DNA from: Vermamoeba vermiformis | Lineage: Eukaryota | Reading direction: 5' to 3' | DNA length: 64,000 nucleotides | Assembly (NCBI GenBank): GCA_045837725.1 | Contig: JBEWZL010000216.1 | Span: 62,001 to 126,000, forward strand | Shown here: positions 27,173 to 40,378 of the stretch, in pieces | Numbering within the stretch: the stretch's first letter is position 1 | Layout: every line of letters starts with the position of its first letter | Notes under the pieces: generated by a model | The model's database searches: none | What the model was told of the DNA's origin: nothing | What the model saw: the letters and a program-made list of their open reading frames with translations, nothing else | Program-made: the position numbers and the translations under genes

Positions 27173-28608
27173 ATGGACGAGAGCAAAGCAATATCACTGA
27201 AAGAGTTCATATTTTCAACCGTTAAATCACTATCGAGTGCGATTCTCAACAAGGATACCGACCACAAGATCTTTCACGGATGTTACGACTGGCATTCAGC
27301 TGTGCACGGACATTGGGCAATTTTACGGTAAATTTACCCCCGAATAGTTGTATATTTTAAGGAAATACCTGTGGCGTTGATAGATCTGTTCGCGAGAATT
27401 AGTTTTATTTTTGAAATAATTTTATAATTAAATCGGGTAGAATAGCATTAATGGGACTGAAACTAATAGTACTGTAGTATTTACAATTATAGGACAAATT
27501 TCGAATTTTTTTCTTCGCTAACAAACGACGAGAAATCTGAATTAGAAAAAGCGGCGGATCTCGTGGCTCAACGACTGTTTGACGATAAGAACGGCGCTAA
27601 TATTGATAAAGAAAATAAAACGTTATCGAAAAATCCTCAATTCGAATTTCCTTATGGAAGGTAAACGAAATAACTTGCCCGGATTTGACTAGATCCGAAC
27701 TTAATCGATATGATTTAGGTCTTGGCTCCTAAGACTAGCTATAGAATTTAAATCATATTGCAAAACAATTAGCAGCAGCAAATATAAGTAAGTTACGCAC
27801 CGCCTTATTAACAAAAATTTATCTGATCGACTTTGCGTCCAGAAAGTTAACCAATATGGCTAATGATGTCGCTCAAGCAATGCTAAAGCAATATAATGAC
27901 GTTGGTATCAGCGATATATTGGCTCCTGAATACGCGAATCCAAGTTGGGCGCTCGTACAAATGTTCGATTTTTTCAACGATAATAACCAGCCAGATCTAG
28001 CAGCAAAAGTTTCAGATTTGGTCAAAAAGTATTATTTAGGCGATATTATTCATAACAGAGCGTCATTTACATTCGATCATCGGCTCCCTTATTTCTTTTC
28101 AGGTACGGATGTGATCTTCAAAATTAAATTTTTCTTACAAGCATTAAATCGCTATAGGATTCGGAAATATGATTTACGTCGTATTAAAAACGCAAAATGA
28201 AGACGATATCAAAGCGTTTTTAAACAAATATAAGAAGGAATTGAACAGCGAGATCATGGCTCCAATTAAGTTACGTCAAAACTCGCAAATTCATCATTTT
28301 GGAACTAATTGGTCGAGAATATGGGCTATAAACGCTATTAAGAATGCCATCAATTCGCTACAACTTTCTGGTAAGAAAAGTCTCATTTTTTAAGATCGAT
28401 CCAGATCTGTTAATTCCTCTAACTATTTTGGCAAGATTTTAACGATTTAAATCCTATGCTCGATCAAGCACGAGATAAACATGCAGAAGAAGGCTTTAAA
28501 ATGCATCACTACTTTAGTGTAACGCCAACGCACGCTGGTTACTCGTCGTATTTAGTCTACGATCATTGGGTGCCTCAATTTGGTGTTTATGCGCTGACAA
28601 ATCTTTAA
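27173..28608 (+). CDS. DUF2891-like protein (mainly bacterial family), intron-containing
   Basis: Spliced motifs IFHGCYDWHSAVHGHW, FEFPYGRSWLLRLAIE, HHFGTNWSRIW and YDHWVPQFGVYAL follow the DUF2891 motif order. Confidence 0.75.
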
Positions 28609-28811
28609 TTCTGATTATTAAATTGTAAATTAGCTAAATTACATAAGAGTATTTTGCTGCTTCAATTTTTTTAGGCGCTGCTAAAAGCAGATCTGCTAAG
28701 GTACGAATGTAATATAGAGTATAAGTAGTTGTTCTTGTTATATTCATAAGTAGAAGAATGCATTTTTCAAGGCAATTATGTTGGATCCGATTCGATCGTT
28801 GAGAATTTTTT

Positions 28812-31012
28812 TTATCGCAAAATTGCTGCAGCACCCATTGGGTGATACACTGTACAAACAATTACAGCCAAGAATATTACAAGCCGCAGATAAAATTCTT
28901 TCTCTGTGCGCCGTTCTTGTGACGAATTCGTGATTAGCCTTGCAAACGCCAAGTTGAGATTGACTAACGCGCTGATGATAAAATTCATTTTGAAAGTTTC
29001 CAGGAAAATTCCGGTCCTAATTGCCGATAAAACCACGTGCCAATCATTTGCCAGCAAAAATAAGCAGGTTGATGCTACGAATACGATATACGCTATATGT
29101 TTGTGATGGGGCGTATATGACCGATAATTATCGTGCATCATCAAGTACATAATCAAGCACATTAATATCACGATAAATTCTCCGTACGCGAGCAAATATT
29201 CTCCGTGCTGCAAAACTCCCCACGCGTAATAGCCAAATAAGGCAACTACCCAACATATCGTTGTCTTGTTTCGTCCTTTTGTGACGTATATAGCATCAAA
29301 TGATATGAATGTTGATAGGCCTAATATCGCAATTAAGCATAAATTAGCCACGGCCCATTTGATCGACTCGGTCAGTGCTTTGTTGACATAAGTTGACACA
29401 TCCACGTAAATGCACGGAAGTAATAGCATGTACATCAAGTAGAAGATGTCACTGTTGATAGGTAGAATGTCTATATTTAGAAAATATTAATCATTAGAAA
29501 GAATTTCGGCCTCCGAAAAACACGAGCAAGATCCAACGTAACAAATGAAACAAAAGACAAAATAATATTACCCAATGCTATGACGCGCATATTTAAGTCA
29601 AATAATATATATATGATAGTATAGTATCGATAAAAAGGGTTTTGGAAGATTCCTGGATCAAGGTAAAGAATTGAACTTACTGAAAAGTTGCCTCGACTCC
29701 CGGTCTATGCATCGATATTGATAAATTCGGGGTAATTTAGTCCATATTCTATTAATATACTGCAAATCAGCCAAAATTTCGACTGTTGAACCTTCTTTCC
29801 AAATCCACTCCGGTTTCATCGACGATATCGGGACTTGAATAAAAGACCCGCCCGAAGCAAATATCCAATGTGTATCAGTAAATCTATTCGTTACTACTCG
29901 CAATTTGGCCATATACCTATTCAAAGTCAGCATTAATTAACTTTCGTAAACAAATCCGACAATGACACGTGTCACGTAAAAACGATAGCAAAAAACAATG
30001 AAATGCTTTTGATTCAATTTCGTATATGAAATATATGTAATATAGCCATATTATCGATTATTACGTACTTTGTGGAGTTTCCAGGCTCGGTTCCGTTCAA
30101 ATTGGATCCGAGCGCATTTTTGATTGAAATTAAACTGCTCGGCAACGCATCTATTAATCTCTTGCCATGTTGTTTAGCAATATATTGATCTTGAATATGA
30201 AACTCTTCTTTATAATGGCCCTAATAGTTTAAAGGTGAATTGAATTCGCGTTACGAGTGACTTTTTCTATTTAAAGAAAATGACTTCAAAACGCGATGAA
30301 TCAATTACTTAATTGCAAAAGCATGTTGAATACGATTCTTAAGGCGCGTGTATTATATAAAGTTACTTACTGCATAAGGAAGCCAACTGATGCCGTTTTC
30401 GTCCAGATTTGCTTCGGGATCAACAAAATCGCTGCGTAATTCTTCGAGTGGAATATGACTGTCCAGTGAATAAAAGCCTCTATTATATGCATGAGTCGTT
30501 AGTTGAATTTTTCCGTAGTTCAGTCGTTTTTTCGAAACAAAAGTACACAATCTGACAGATGCAACTCGTCTCGAGGACTTACTCGTTAGCAAGCACCATA
30601 TCCTTGACGTATTTAGTCTCTAAAGTCTGTCTCCAGTATTTACTAACTGATTTGCATTTATAATACGACGGCAAGTCCAAAGATCCTAAAACATGCTCAA
30701 ACATTTCCTACAATTTATTATGATCAGTTTTATATTAAAAGGCGGTATAGTGAGTTAGTAGACCATCGTTTAATTAATTATTGAATTTGCGTATTTAAAA
30801 ATTTACGTCAAATAGTTTCTACGTGTTGGATTTACCATTGGCAGGGCTTGCTCAATGAATGCATTCGATGAGGTGGCATACCCTGATAGGCCTATCCTCC
30901 TCCTCCTTCCTTTAGCATAATGGTCGGCCAAATAGACAAATCCAGCCAATGTCAGAGAAAGAAAAAAGATTATCGTCCACATTGGTAGATCTGTTCCAAA
31001 AAAAGAATGCAT
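28812..31012 (-). CDS. Membrane protein: N-terminal TM, F-box-like motif, C-terminal multi-TM domain
   Basis: Splice gives IEQALPM|EMFEHVLGSLDLPSYYKCKSVSKYW (F-box pattern); last exon has about six hydrophobic helices. Confidence 0.6.
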
Positions 31013-31718
31013 GAAATATGTATAATCAAAATACGTTCGACATCACGTATTGTTTTCTATATCAGCGCAAGTTATGTTTCTGAAACTTGTGCAAAAAAAT
31101 CCAAAAGAGGTCTGCATCATTTTGACGCGATGACATTACTAAATTACTCCGTTGCAGAAACTTCTTAAGACTAGTAGTATTATATATTAATACGGACCTT
31201 ATCAGACCATCAATTAAAGGAAGTAAAGCACATCCGTAAGACGATTTTCAATCCTTAACTACGACAGATTACTAAGTCCGCTTAGCAACCATGATCAACC
31301 AATTAATATATGATCTTAGTCCTGTTAGAATGTGTTCTGAAGCAAAAGAAAGCCGCTGGCGTTGCAGAATCCGTGAGATATTTGATTCAAGAAATTTTTT
31401 GCTTTGGCAGCCGTAGAATTCACTAAGGTATATATATTTACATTGCCGAGCCATAATTATCTCGCGGACAAGATATTTTTTGCCATTTTCTGCAACGGCA
31501 GCTGTAATCTGCATCCGCCCGAAGAAAAAATTTACCGGGCACACCTCTTCATCTCCTAATGCTTCTTAGGCCAATATCATTACTTCCTAAGTACAGTGCA
31601 CAAGAATATTCGTTTAAAACGAGATCTGTGCTCGTGTTTCATTGCTGAGGCGCCTAAAATAAAATTTTTCCATCTGAGCCATTTGTCGTCCGTTGCAAAT
31701 ACAGAACACATCTTAAAT

Positions 31719-32676
31719 ATGGCTGACGAAGAATTTTACGTGCGATATTAGTATGTGCTCGTTGATTTATCGTCGATTGCGAATCCAGATTTCGCTTTGC
31801 ATTTTCTAACTAGATTTGTTTAGTATTGGACACCGAGGAAAATACGGCCATGAATTTTTGGAATTTGAATTTCGTTCAAATGGCAAATTAAGATATGCTA
31901 ACAACTCGCACTATAAACATGAAGCGATCATCCGAAAAGAAGGCAAGAATCCAAAATAATTATTACGCATCCTCCAAAAATTATATAATAATGCGTGCAC
32001 GATAATATATCGTGTTATATTGATATTAATATTATTTTTAATTTTATTGGATGCTTTGTAAATAATTCTCGAATATTGACTAACTTTTCATTACCAAATC
32101 CAGTCTTCGTGAACGATGTTGTATTGCAAGAGCTCAAGAAAATCATTGACGATAGCACTATATTAAAGTACGCGTATCAATCAAACCGGCCACAAAGTTT
32201 TTATCAACAAAAGCGCATCAACCTTTCGCGCCAATCGCCAAACAAATTCATCGCTAGCCATTTTTACTAATCAAATCGAATATATAGGCAAGACGACGCT
32301 AAATGGCCTGAGCCTGATCGCGTTGGCAAACAAGAATTAGAAATTGTTTATGGCAACGAGCACATCTCCTTCAGCGTAAGTTACTTAAACCTTCTAAAAG
32401 ACCTATTTAGCATTCATATACAATTTATAATATTTTAAAATAATATTTACACGATTTATTACTATTAGACGTCGAAGATCGGTTCTTTGGTGGATGTTCA
32501 AGCCAGCGAAGATCCGGATGGTTTGCGCGTATTTCATTATTTGGTTCAAGATCTTAAGTGCTTTGTATTTTCATTGGTTTCATTGCACTTCAAGGTACGT
32601 TATTGTTATCTAAGGCCTATATACGAAAAAACTAACCGTTGTTGGTACGCAGATCCGACCCGTTCCTCCTCAGTAA
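31719..32676 (+). CDS. MAGOH: Mago nashi, exon junction complex core
   Basis: [24 protein letters not shown]...KLRYANNS...[14 protein letters not shown]...[33 protein letters not shown]; includes a GC-AG intron 31943-32103. Confidence 0.97.
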
Positions 32677-32945
32677 ATTTTGTCGCCTCGTTAATACTAA
32701 TACGATAATATGGTCCTAAGTCCCGAGACCTAAACGAGAATACGTATAAATAGAGAAATACTTCCATTGTATCTTTTATAAATACTCACTTTAACCTACC
32801 CTCGAAATTTTGCAGATTCCAACGGAAAATTAACCAATTAGACAGTTCGACAAGGTTAAATGCCGTTTTAGACCTTTCATCAAGAGCAACAAGGAGAATG
32901 TCATGCCATTCATAAGGTACGTATTAATAACAAAACTTTATTTTT

Positions 32946-34015
32946 TTAAATTCCGCCATAAAAATAAATTGCAGAGAGTTGCGCAGTTACCACACCACAG
33001 CCGGCTATTTTTGATTGAGCAACCACATAGAAGCTCACGGGCACGTTTGGCGTTATTACTGGCCACCACCATTCCGTACAGATGTGGCCGTAAGATTCTC
33101 CGTCGGCAGATTCATAGACGCCAGATCGGCCGTAAGGAATTGCTCCCACAGATGCGTTGTTGAATCCAAAGGTGTACCCCTTCAAACCAGTCGCAGGAGA
33201 ATAGATGGTTCCACAAAATCGTGTTAGAATATTTCCGTAGTCAGGAGGTGTAACGGTAATATCAGCAACAATCGAAAAACCAATCGTTGTGATCGTAGTT
33301 CCAACTGGCGAAAAAAATTTGAAAGCTGCCCGCCCCGTTGGCATTGCCGCCAAATCAACCGTATTCTGAGACGAGATTGACAGCATTGTTCCGGCCAACG
33401 CAAGCGTTTGCAGCTCGTTCGTGTTGCTGTTGTCGCCGAGCGTCACCTGATTGCCTTGCGATAGTGACAGAGTGCCTGCGGAGTCCAACGATAGAGTCTG
33501 AAGCTCGTTCGTAGCGTTGTTATCACCGAGTGTGACTTGGTTGCCCTGGGAAATGGATAATCTTCCAGAAGAATCGAGCGACAACGTTTGAATTTCGTTC
33601 GTTGGGCTATTATCTCCGAGCTTAACTTGGTTTCCTTGCGAGATCGAGAGTGTTCCGGATGAATCCAAGGATAATGTTTGGATTTCATTAGTGACGCTGC
33701 TATCAGGAAGTTGCACGCTGTTTCCATTGCTAATTAATATCTCCTGTCCATTGCTGCTAAGAGCTAGTGTTTGCTTGCCGAGGTTGATCTCATCGCAGAT
33801 GTTGATCCCGCCGCAAGTTTTGACGACCGTCGGCGAATTGATGGTCAAGTAGTCGTCTCCATTTTCATTCTTAATTGTAAATTGATTCGAGCCACACTGT
33901 TGAGCTGCAGAAGAGATAATTAGCGAAGGATTGATGACATCGGTTTATTATTACCGTGAGCCATAAGCAGCCCCGAAAGGGCTATGCAGTAAATTAGAAT
34001 CATATTGAAAGACAT
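32946..34015 (-). CDS. Secreted protein with 30-aa NEIQTLSL repeats and a C-terminal beta-rich domain
   Basis: Signal-peptide exon (MSFNMILIYCIALSGLLMAH), one short intron, then a long exon with repeats. Confidence 0.8.
33351..33776 (-). repeat. Coding 90-bp (30-aa) tandem repeats D-N-x-x-T-N-E-[IL]-QTLSLDSSGxLSISQGNQVxLG, 3 full + 2 degenerate units
   Basis: Directly visible in the translation. Confidence 0.9.
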
Positions 34016-34405
34016 CGGTTGTATTTAGTCGCGTTTGCAATATCCATTTGAGCTAAAGCCAAAAAGTTCCGGAACAATCGGTCAATTCGCCAGTTGAGCT
34101 GAATTCGCTTTTTATACCGAAGATTAAATAGCTAGAGCACGGAGGCCACTGCATCTAGTACAGTGTCGGGCACCTTATTGTAAGCAAGAATGTTTAGTTG
34201 AACAAAAAAAAGGAGTTTATCGTCAGATCAAACGTAGATTGCCTCCCATAAGAATGCAGCGTATCTCAATTCGTTCGATAAGCTCAATTTAGTCGACAAG
34301 CGAGCCCAGCGGTCTTTTCCTTAGAACTTTGTGTTGACTTGTAACTGCGAACACACATGAAACGAAAGCTACTTAGACATTGTCAGACGCACGAAGAAAA
34401 AGATA

Positions 34406-34848
34406 ATAGCTCTATTCATTGTAGGAAAGGCTAAAATCACGCTTTACGTTGACCTTGGTGAAGGTAAATCATAATTTCGTATTATTAAATTTGAATTATA
34501 CTTACAGATTAACCTTCAGCTTAAATCTATCTACTATAACCTAATATATATTATTGTTGAATTTTAAAAATTATTTGTGCCAGATTTGGTCTCGCGCAGT
34601 TCGACTTGTTCGAGATGGCCAAACCAGATCCGCTACGCTATGACAAAGACCTTCCTCACTTCTCACCGAGTATTAAATGAAGACTACAGCAATGCACAAC
34701 GCAACGAACGGTACGTACCTGCATTTTTTATGCGCATCCAGCGAACCATTGTACTAACTCGGTCTACAATCCAGCTTGAGGATCAAGATAACGACAAAAT
34801 ATGGCAATGCACCAGTGGTAGTAGCACAAGAGGCTTTACGTGTTCAAG
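34406..34848 (+). CDS. Possible small multi-exon hypothetical protein (ends undefined)
   Basis: Three exon-like blocks splice in frame (GKAKITLYVDLGE|DLVSRSS...NER|LRIKITTKYG); no recognised motif. Confidence 0.3.
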
Positions 34849-35028
34849 GTAAGCGACCGCATCTAGATCATGATAAAAAGCGCCACGAGAAAAATACTAC
34901 GTATCTCCTGCTCCGAGTTATAACGATACGAAATTTCGTATTTTTACAATGAAATGACTGAGGCGGAATAATAAGGAGTTACAAACGATTTATTTTCAAT
35001 AATTATACGTAAATAGTAGCAAGTATTA

Positions 35029-37095
35029 TTAATTCGAGTTCATCATTACTTCTTCGTCCGTTAATGCACCGCGAGATTTCAAAAATTCGATCAACTGAGC
35101 TGACTTACGTGTCAGTATAGCCATCGTTAATGGTGTATGCTTCTGCTGCATATAATTAACACTTGGTTCGTTGATATCAACGCCGAATTCCAATAGTGTG
35201 TCTATAATAGTGATGGTCTTTGGCATATTTTGATCGTTGTGTTGATTATGAATAAAACTGCTGATTACATTCATAGAATTTTTCGGGACAAATCTCGGAT
35301 CCACTCCGTTCTTCAGCAAATTCAGAAGTACTGTCTCAGAAAGCAGATGTGATAAATAAGGAGATTTGTTTGCCTTTTCAACAGCGATTGCCCAATCGAT
35401 CTTAAACAATGTGGTGAATTCTTCTAAAAGATTTGGAAAGTGCTTGGCAAACGAAACTGCAATCTCGTTAACGTCGTAATTATACCTCTGAATGATCTTG
35501 AAATATACGTCTCTTGACATGCTTTGTCTTATCTTAATATCGTAAATAGACTTCAACAACAAGTCTAGTACTGACTTATTCACTTCTTTCAACTTGTCCA
35601 AAATTGACCAATCACTACTGGCCTTAAGAAATTGGTTCAAACTACATAGAAATCCCACTTCTTTGTAGTTTGCTGCAGCACCATTTGCAATTGCTATTTC
35701 CAAGGCCTTGCCATAAACTTGTTCTGATGTTTTTCCAGGAATATATTTCTTTGGACATGATTTCTGCCAATCAATAAAATCTGATAATTTGTCAAACATC
35801 TCAACACTCTTCCAATGCTCAAGAAGTTTTCTGCCACGGAAACCTTGCACTGTAATAACAAATGATCGTAATATTGGGTCATTAATGAGCTCTTGTCTTA
35901 CATCTTCTCGAACGATCAAATTGTGCAATGCAATTATTGCTTTAGTTGTCAACATTTCATTTGTTAAAGACTTAATAGCTGTAATAGCCTCAGATGTTGA
36001 GCCAAATCTGGCAATCAAATTCAACTTGACTTCCGGCTTGACTTCAATACAACATGTCCCAAGCTGTTCGTACAAATCTTGTGCAATCTCTTTTTCATAC
36101 AAATTGTGAACATCAATGACACTTGCTCCAGCAGAGAGAGAGCTGCATGGATAAAATCCAAACTTAAAGTCATGGTGTCTAAGAATATCAGGCTTTTGGC
36201 TGCGCACCATTCTTCGATCATTGGCCAATTCAATCTCACGCTGTAATGTCGTCTCTTGCGTTTGCAATAATTTGCGTGCTTCATCGTATCTTTTCAGGCT
36301 GACCAATTTTGCCAGCTTAGTCTCCCATCCCCATAAAAAAAACTCCTCATAGGAAAGTTGCTTCAAGTCGCTATCGAAAGTTGTATCAGCATCTATAGGA
36401 TCCAGATCTGCTGGTAGATTATGCAGTGTCTGCATTACATAGGAAAAAGAGCCTTTGATACATCTTGTAAATGGTTTTTTTCTTTTGATTATTACCAAAC
36501 AAATGATGTTTGGTACCATTTTTCTACTTATGTAGGGTGCATGTCTGAAAACACAAATCTGCAAATATTGAACATTCGGAAAAAACTTCAAACAATGCAA
36601 ATCTTCATCACAAATACAAAGCGTTGTTATTTGAGTCAATTTTTGTTGGTCTAATGGCTCATTTCCTTGCTTTAATATTGGATATGTTAAGACTAAGGTC
36701 GTGCATCGCTTTGAAGCTCGCACTAGTTGCAGCAATGAGTAGATCGACAATCTTTCCTTTGGTTCTGTTACTTTGTAATCAAACTGAATTGTAGTAGGTT
36801 GGTATTTTGATATTACAAGTAAAGTAATTGGATCCCAATAAAGCTTTCTGATTGTTAATTGTTTTGGCTGGTTAGATCGAACGCAGATCCGCTTCCATTT
36901 TTTGCATACTGGCATTATAAATAGCATCCAATAATTAAAATTGAAGTAACAAAATATATGAATGTCCAATATCTCGTCTGGTAGTGCCTCGATCGCCAGC
37001 TGATCGGCCATCTGCTCCACGAAAGGTGCGAAAATGTTCGGAACCTGACTAGGAGTCTCCGTATATTCCTGCTTGTAGTCCTTCAACTCCTCCAT
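35029..37095 (-). CDS. Intronless F-box protein with LRR-like middle and C-terminal ankyrin repeats
   Basis: IEALPDEILDIHIFCYF...VCKKWKRI (F-box); LLKNGVDP, LLEFGVDIN...TPLTMAI...LIEFLKSRGA (ankyrin). Confidence 0.8.
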   Translation of the reverse strand: MEELKDYKQEYTETPSQVPNIFAPFVEQMADQLAIEALPDEILDIHIFCYFNFNYWMLFIMPVCKKWKRICVRSNQPKQLTIRKLYWDPITLLVISKYQPTTIQFDYKVTEPKERLSIYSLLQLVRASKRCTTLVLTYPILKQGNEPLDQQKLTQITTLCICDEDLHCLKFFPNVQYLQICVFRHAPYISRKMVPNIICLVIIKRKKPFTRCIKGSFSYVMQTLHNLPADLDPIDADTTFDSDLKQLSYEEFFLWGWETKLAKLVSLKRYDEARKLLQTQETTLQREIELANDRRMVRSQKPDILRHHDFKFGFYPCSSLSAGASVIDVHNLYEKEIAQDLYEQLGTCCIEVKPEVKLNLIARFGSTSEAITAIKSLTNEMLTTKAIIALHNLIVREDVRQELINDPILRSFVITVQGFRGRKLLEHWKSVEMFDKLSDFIDWQKSCPKKYIPGKTSEQVYGKALEIAIANGAAANYKEVGFLCSLNQFLKASSDWSILDKLKEVNKSVLDLLLKSIYDIKIRQSMSRDVYFKIIQRYNYDVNEIAVSFAKHFPNLLEEFTTLFKIDWAIAVEKANKSPYLSHLLSETVLLNLLKNGVDPRFVPKNSMNVISSFIHNQHNDQNMPKTITIIDTLLEFGVDINEPSVNYMQQKHTPLTMAILTRKSAQLIEFLKSRGALTDEEVMMNSN

Positions 37096-37357
37096 CTCTT
37101 TCTGTGGTGGTGTTCGTCAATTATCTGCAGAAAATTAATAGTTAAAAATTGCTGCGGAGCATTTGCAGCAATGTTCGAATTAACGCCAGTCACAAACTTA
37201 CAAAATATCGGCGAACTCACCTTGCCATTATGGTACGTTTCCTACCAAAAAGTGCTTGTGTACTAAAAAAATCGGTACCATCGAAGTGCACAAAAGTTGA
37301 TTACGAGGTTTTTGACTTTGATTGATAATTTGCTTGGCGACCGTATTGATAGATACT

Positions 37358-38510
37358 ATGGAACCAAGGCAGGCTTTTGTTGGGTCTTTGATCTTTACGA
37401 TCGTAAGTTTGCATAGCAAACCCTAAATCTGCTAGATCGAACTAAATCCACAATAGGGAAGCTTGCTCTTCTTCGGCGTTACATTCGTCATGACGAATAC
37501 AGTATTCGGCCTTGATAATATTAATAGTTTAAAGGTCCTGGGCATAGCTAGCAGAATATTTCTGATTTTGGCCACGATTATTTCGTTGGGTGCGACATGC
37601 TTCGCCGGATTTGGCTTCTACGAAAAGAAAAATGAATATCTCCTTCAAGTACTCGATGATTATATTATATTTCCCCGTTTTTCAGTATTAATTAATTTGA
37701 ATTAGGCACGAACGATAGCCTTGATCGCCATAACCTTTTTGATTACCAGCTTATTTGTTTCTATTTTAGAGTTAAAATCCGTAAGTATTTTTGCAATTAT
37801 TTACACGATTAATTAGACTTACAGTACTTGTCGTGGCCGTTTATTTATTTACAATTAAGTGTTGGTTTACTGGCGGCATCCTTCGTAAGCATTGTATTAA
37901 AATTTATCGTATATTCATGCAACAAACATACCACTCAGATCCCGCTGCGTGTTGCGATTGAAAGGCACGTCAAAAATGAAGGTGGACAGATCTTGCCTTT
38001 TTTAGGTACGATTCTGAGAGATTGATAGATAACACTATAAGCTACTAACTACGTCATTAGAGAGCCTTAAAGTTTTATATCATGATATTAGAAGTTGGTT
38101 TGTTTATGGCAGAACAGGTATGAAATTGAAATTTGTTCGTATCGTAACTAATGAGATCCGCAGGAATTATCAACATTATGAAAATTTCAGCCATTGTAGT
38201 TAAAGTTAAACAAAGAGGCGATGAATTATTCCGCGATGTTACGATACCAGCTTTGGTCATTGGATCATCTTTAATTGACGAGCTTAAAGAGTTGATTGCC
38301 GTCAAATTTGATCGCAAAGCCGATGAAGTGCACCAATTACTGAAAAATAATGATATGGTCCTTGAAAGAGACGAAGACGTGAATGCACTTACCACTGACG
38401 ATTTCATTGAAGTACTGTTTCATGAACCAGAAGTCAACGTTACGACTCCGTTGTTGGATAAAGTCGATTACAACGTACCTCCGTTGTATACTCCTGATAT
38501 GAACGTTTAG
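37358..38510 (+). CDS. Multi-TM protein with C-terminal ubiquitin-like/PB1-like domain
   Basis: Hydrophobic 5' exons; last exon IVVKVKQRGD...IDELKELIAVKF...LLKNNDMVLERDEDVNALTTDDFIEVLF resembles a beta-grasp fold. Confidence 0.5.
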
Positions 38511-38697
38511 CAGCATTAAAATTCTTAGAACTTTAAAAATGCATAATTTTCTTCGACTTGCCTGACGCTGTACGTTCTTATTGAAACGTCAGTCATAATA
38601 AGTTGTAGTATTACTTCCATATTTAGAAAAATCTCGACGCGATCTGAAGCTGGTTTAGCTAATTGATTTATTAGTAACAAAACTATTAACTCGTATT

Positions 38698-40378
38698 TTA
38701 GTTATTGTTGCTCATCAAAGTAGGAACACCCCAGTAGCAAGCGCCTTCAATGCCCAAGTTGTGGTTAGGACGGCCCAAAACAATTCTGAACCAGCCATGT
38801 TCACCCCAGTACGTGCCCCACGAGTTGCGACCGATCCAGTACTCAGTACCGTCAGTGCTGACTCCCCAACCAACAACGGAGATGACGTGGTCGTATTCAA
38901 TATCCTCGACATATTCGGAGTAGATTCCGCCAGTATAACCTTCGAATCTGTCAGTGGCATCCACCAAGCAGGCAATAGGTCCTCTAAATAACGTAACTAT
39001 TAATAATCGCATTTCCTTATCGTTAAGATACAGTGATAATATTTAAACCAATTATAGGAAACCTTTCGTGCTGCAAAATTTTTTGCGATCGAAGAACGGA
39101 TTTGTAACTCGAATCCGTCGAACAAATATCAAGTCTATGATAGCTGTGCACTTACCTAGCATAGATCTCAGCCTTCATATCATTAACACCAGAAATACCG
39201 TTGTAGTCAGAGACAGTGTAAAGATCGAAGTTGTTGATGGCGACACATCCGGTAGGCCAGCAAGTCTGCAGTAGAAACACAACATTAATACCAATACTAG
39301 CATGAAGTAATAGTACTCAAGGACAATACAATCATGCCTATTTGGGTGAAAAAAGCGCTTAAGGTGCGTTGCATAGTGGTTTCGAATCACGTGTCAAGCG
39401 AACACTTGACGCGATTAATTTAGACTTACTTGGCAAGTAGGAGTGCAAGAGAGACCGTTAACGGCTTGGTAAGGAGCGCAACTAATAATACCGTTGTAAG
39501 TCATATGTATTATAAATAGCTGTGGTGAAAAATTGTCTTACGTTTCATCGGGAATACCGCTTTGAGCGATGTATTGCAAAGCCGCACCAGGATCTCCACC
39601 GTCGCAGTCACCACCTATTAATAATTGTATATTAATAATATTTTAACATTGTTTGAATAAGACTGCCTAAGGGTCAAGTTTGGATTTTGTTTGGAGCCAG
39701 ATTAGCTTCAAAAAAACAAGCGACGCATTTGTCAATATTAATTATGAATATTATAATGATATTATAATAATTTGCGCGAGCAAAACAGATGCGTTAGCTC
39801 AAAGGTACGTGCCTCCTTCGCAGTTGATCAAAGCTTGAGGAGCCAAGTTGATTTCAGGGAAGGCATTCTTGCGTTGGATTGCAAGACGATCGGAGAGAGC
39901 AGAAGTACTAATGGTGAGATAGTTAATTAATAAAAAGCTAATGGGCGAGCAGAAAAATTCGCCTAAAGTGCAGATCTGTCAGCAGGAAACTTACGTAGCA
40001 AAGGACCAGCAGCCACCGCAGTAAGTAGGAATGTGTTGATTACGAGACCCTATATTATTTGATTAGACGCTTTACGGACGTAATCAAGCATCTAGAAAAT
40101 TGGATTTTGATAAACGGCTAGAAAATTAATTGTAATTCCAATATAATGCCAAATCGTTTCTAATACGTACATGAAACATAGTTTACGTTGGAAACGTTTC
40201 TCCAGTCCCAGTTTTTGGGAAGATCTTCGGCCTTGATGTATTCAGAAGGCAATGGTTGAGTTACACGGCCAACGAATGGCTTGCTCGACTTCTTGTAGCC
40301 AGGACGGCTGTTATAGACACCAGCGGAGGCCAAAACAACAAGTCCAAGCAATAAACAAGCAACAAAACGGAGCTGCAT
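38698..40378 (-). CDS. CTSZ: Cathepsin Z/X-like papain-family cysteine protease
   Basis: Signal peptide, short pro-region, LPKNWDWRN, RNQHIPTYCGGCWSF (HIP insertion), RGPIAC, DHVISVVGWG, YWIGRNSWGTYWGE. Confidence 0.92.
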
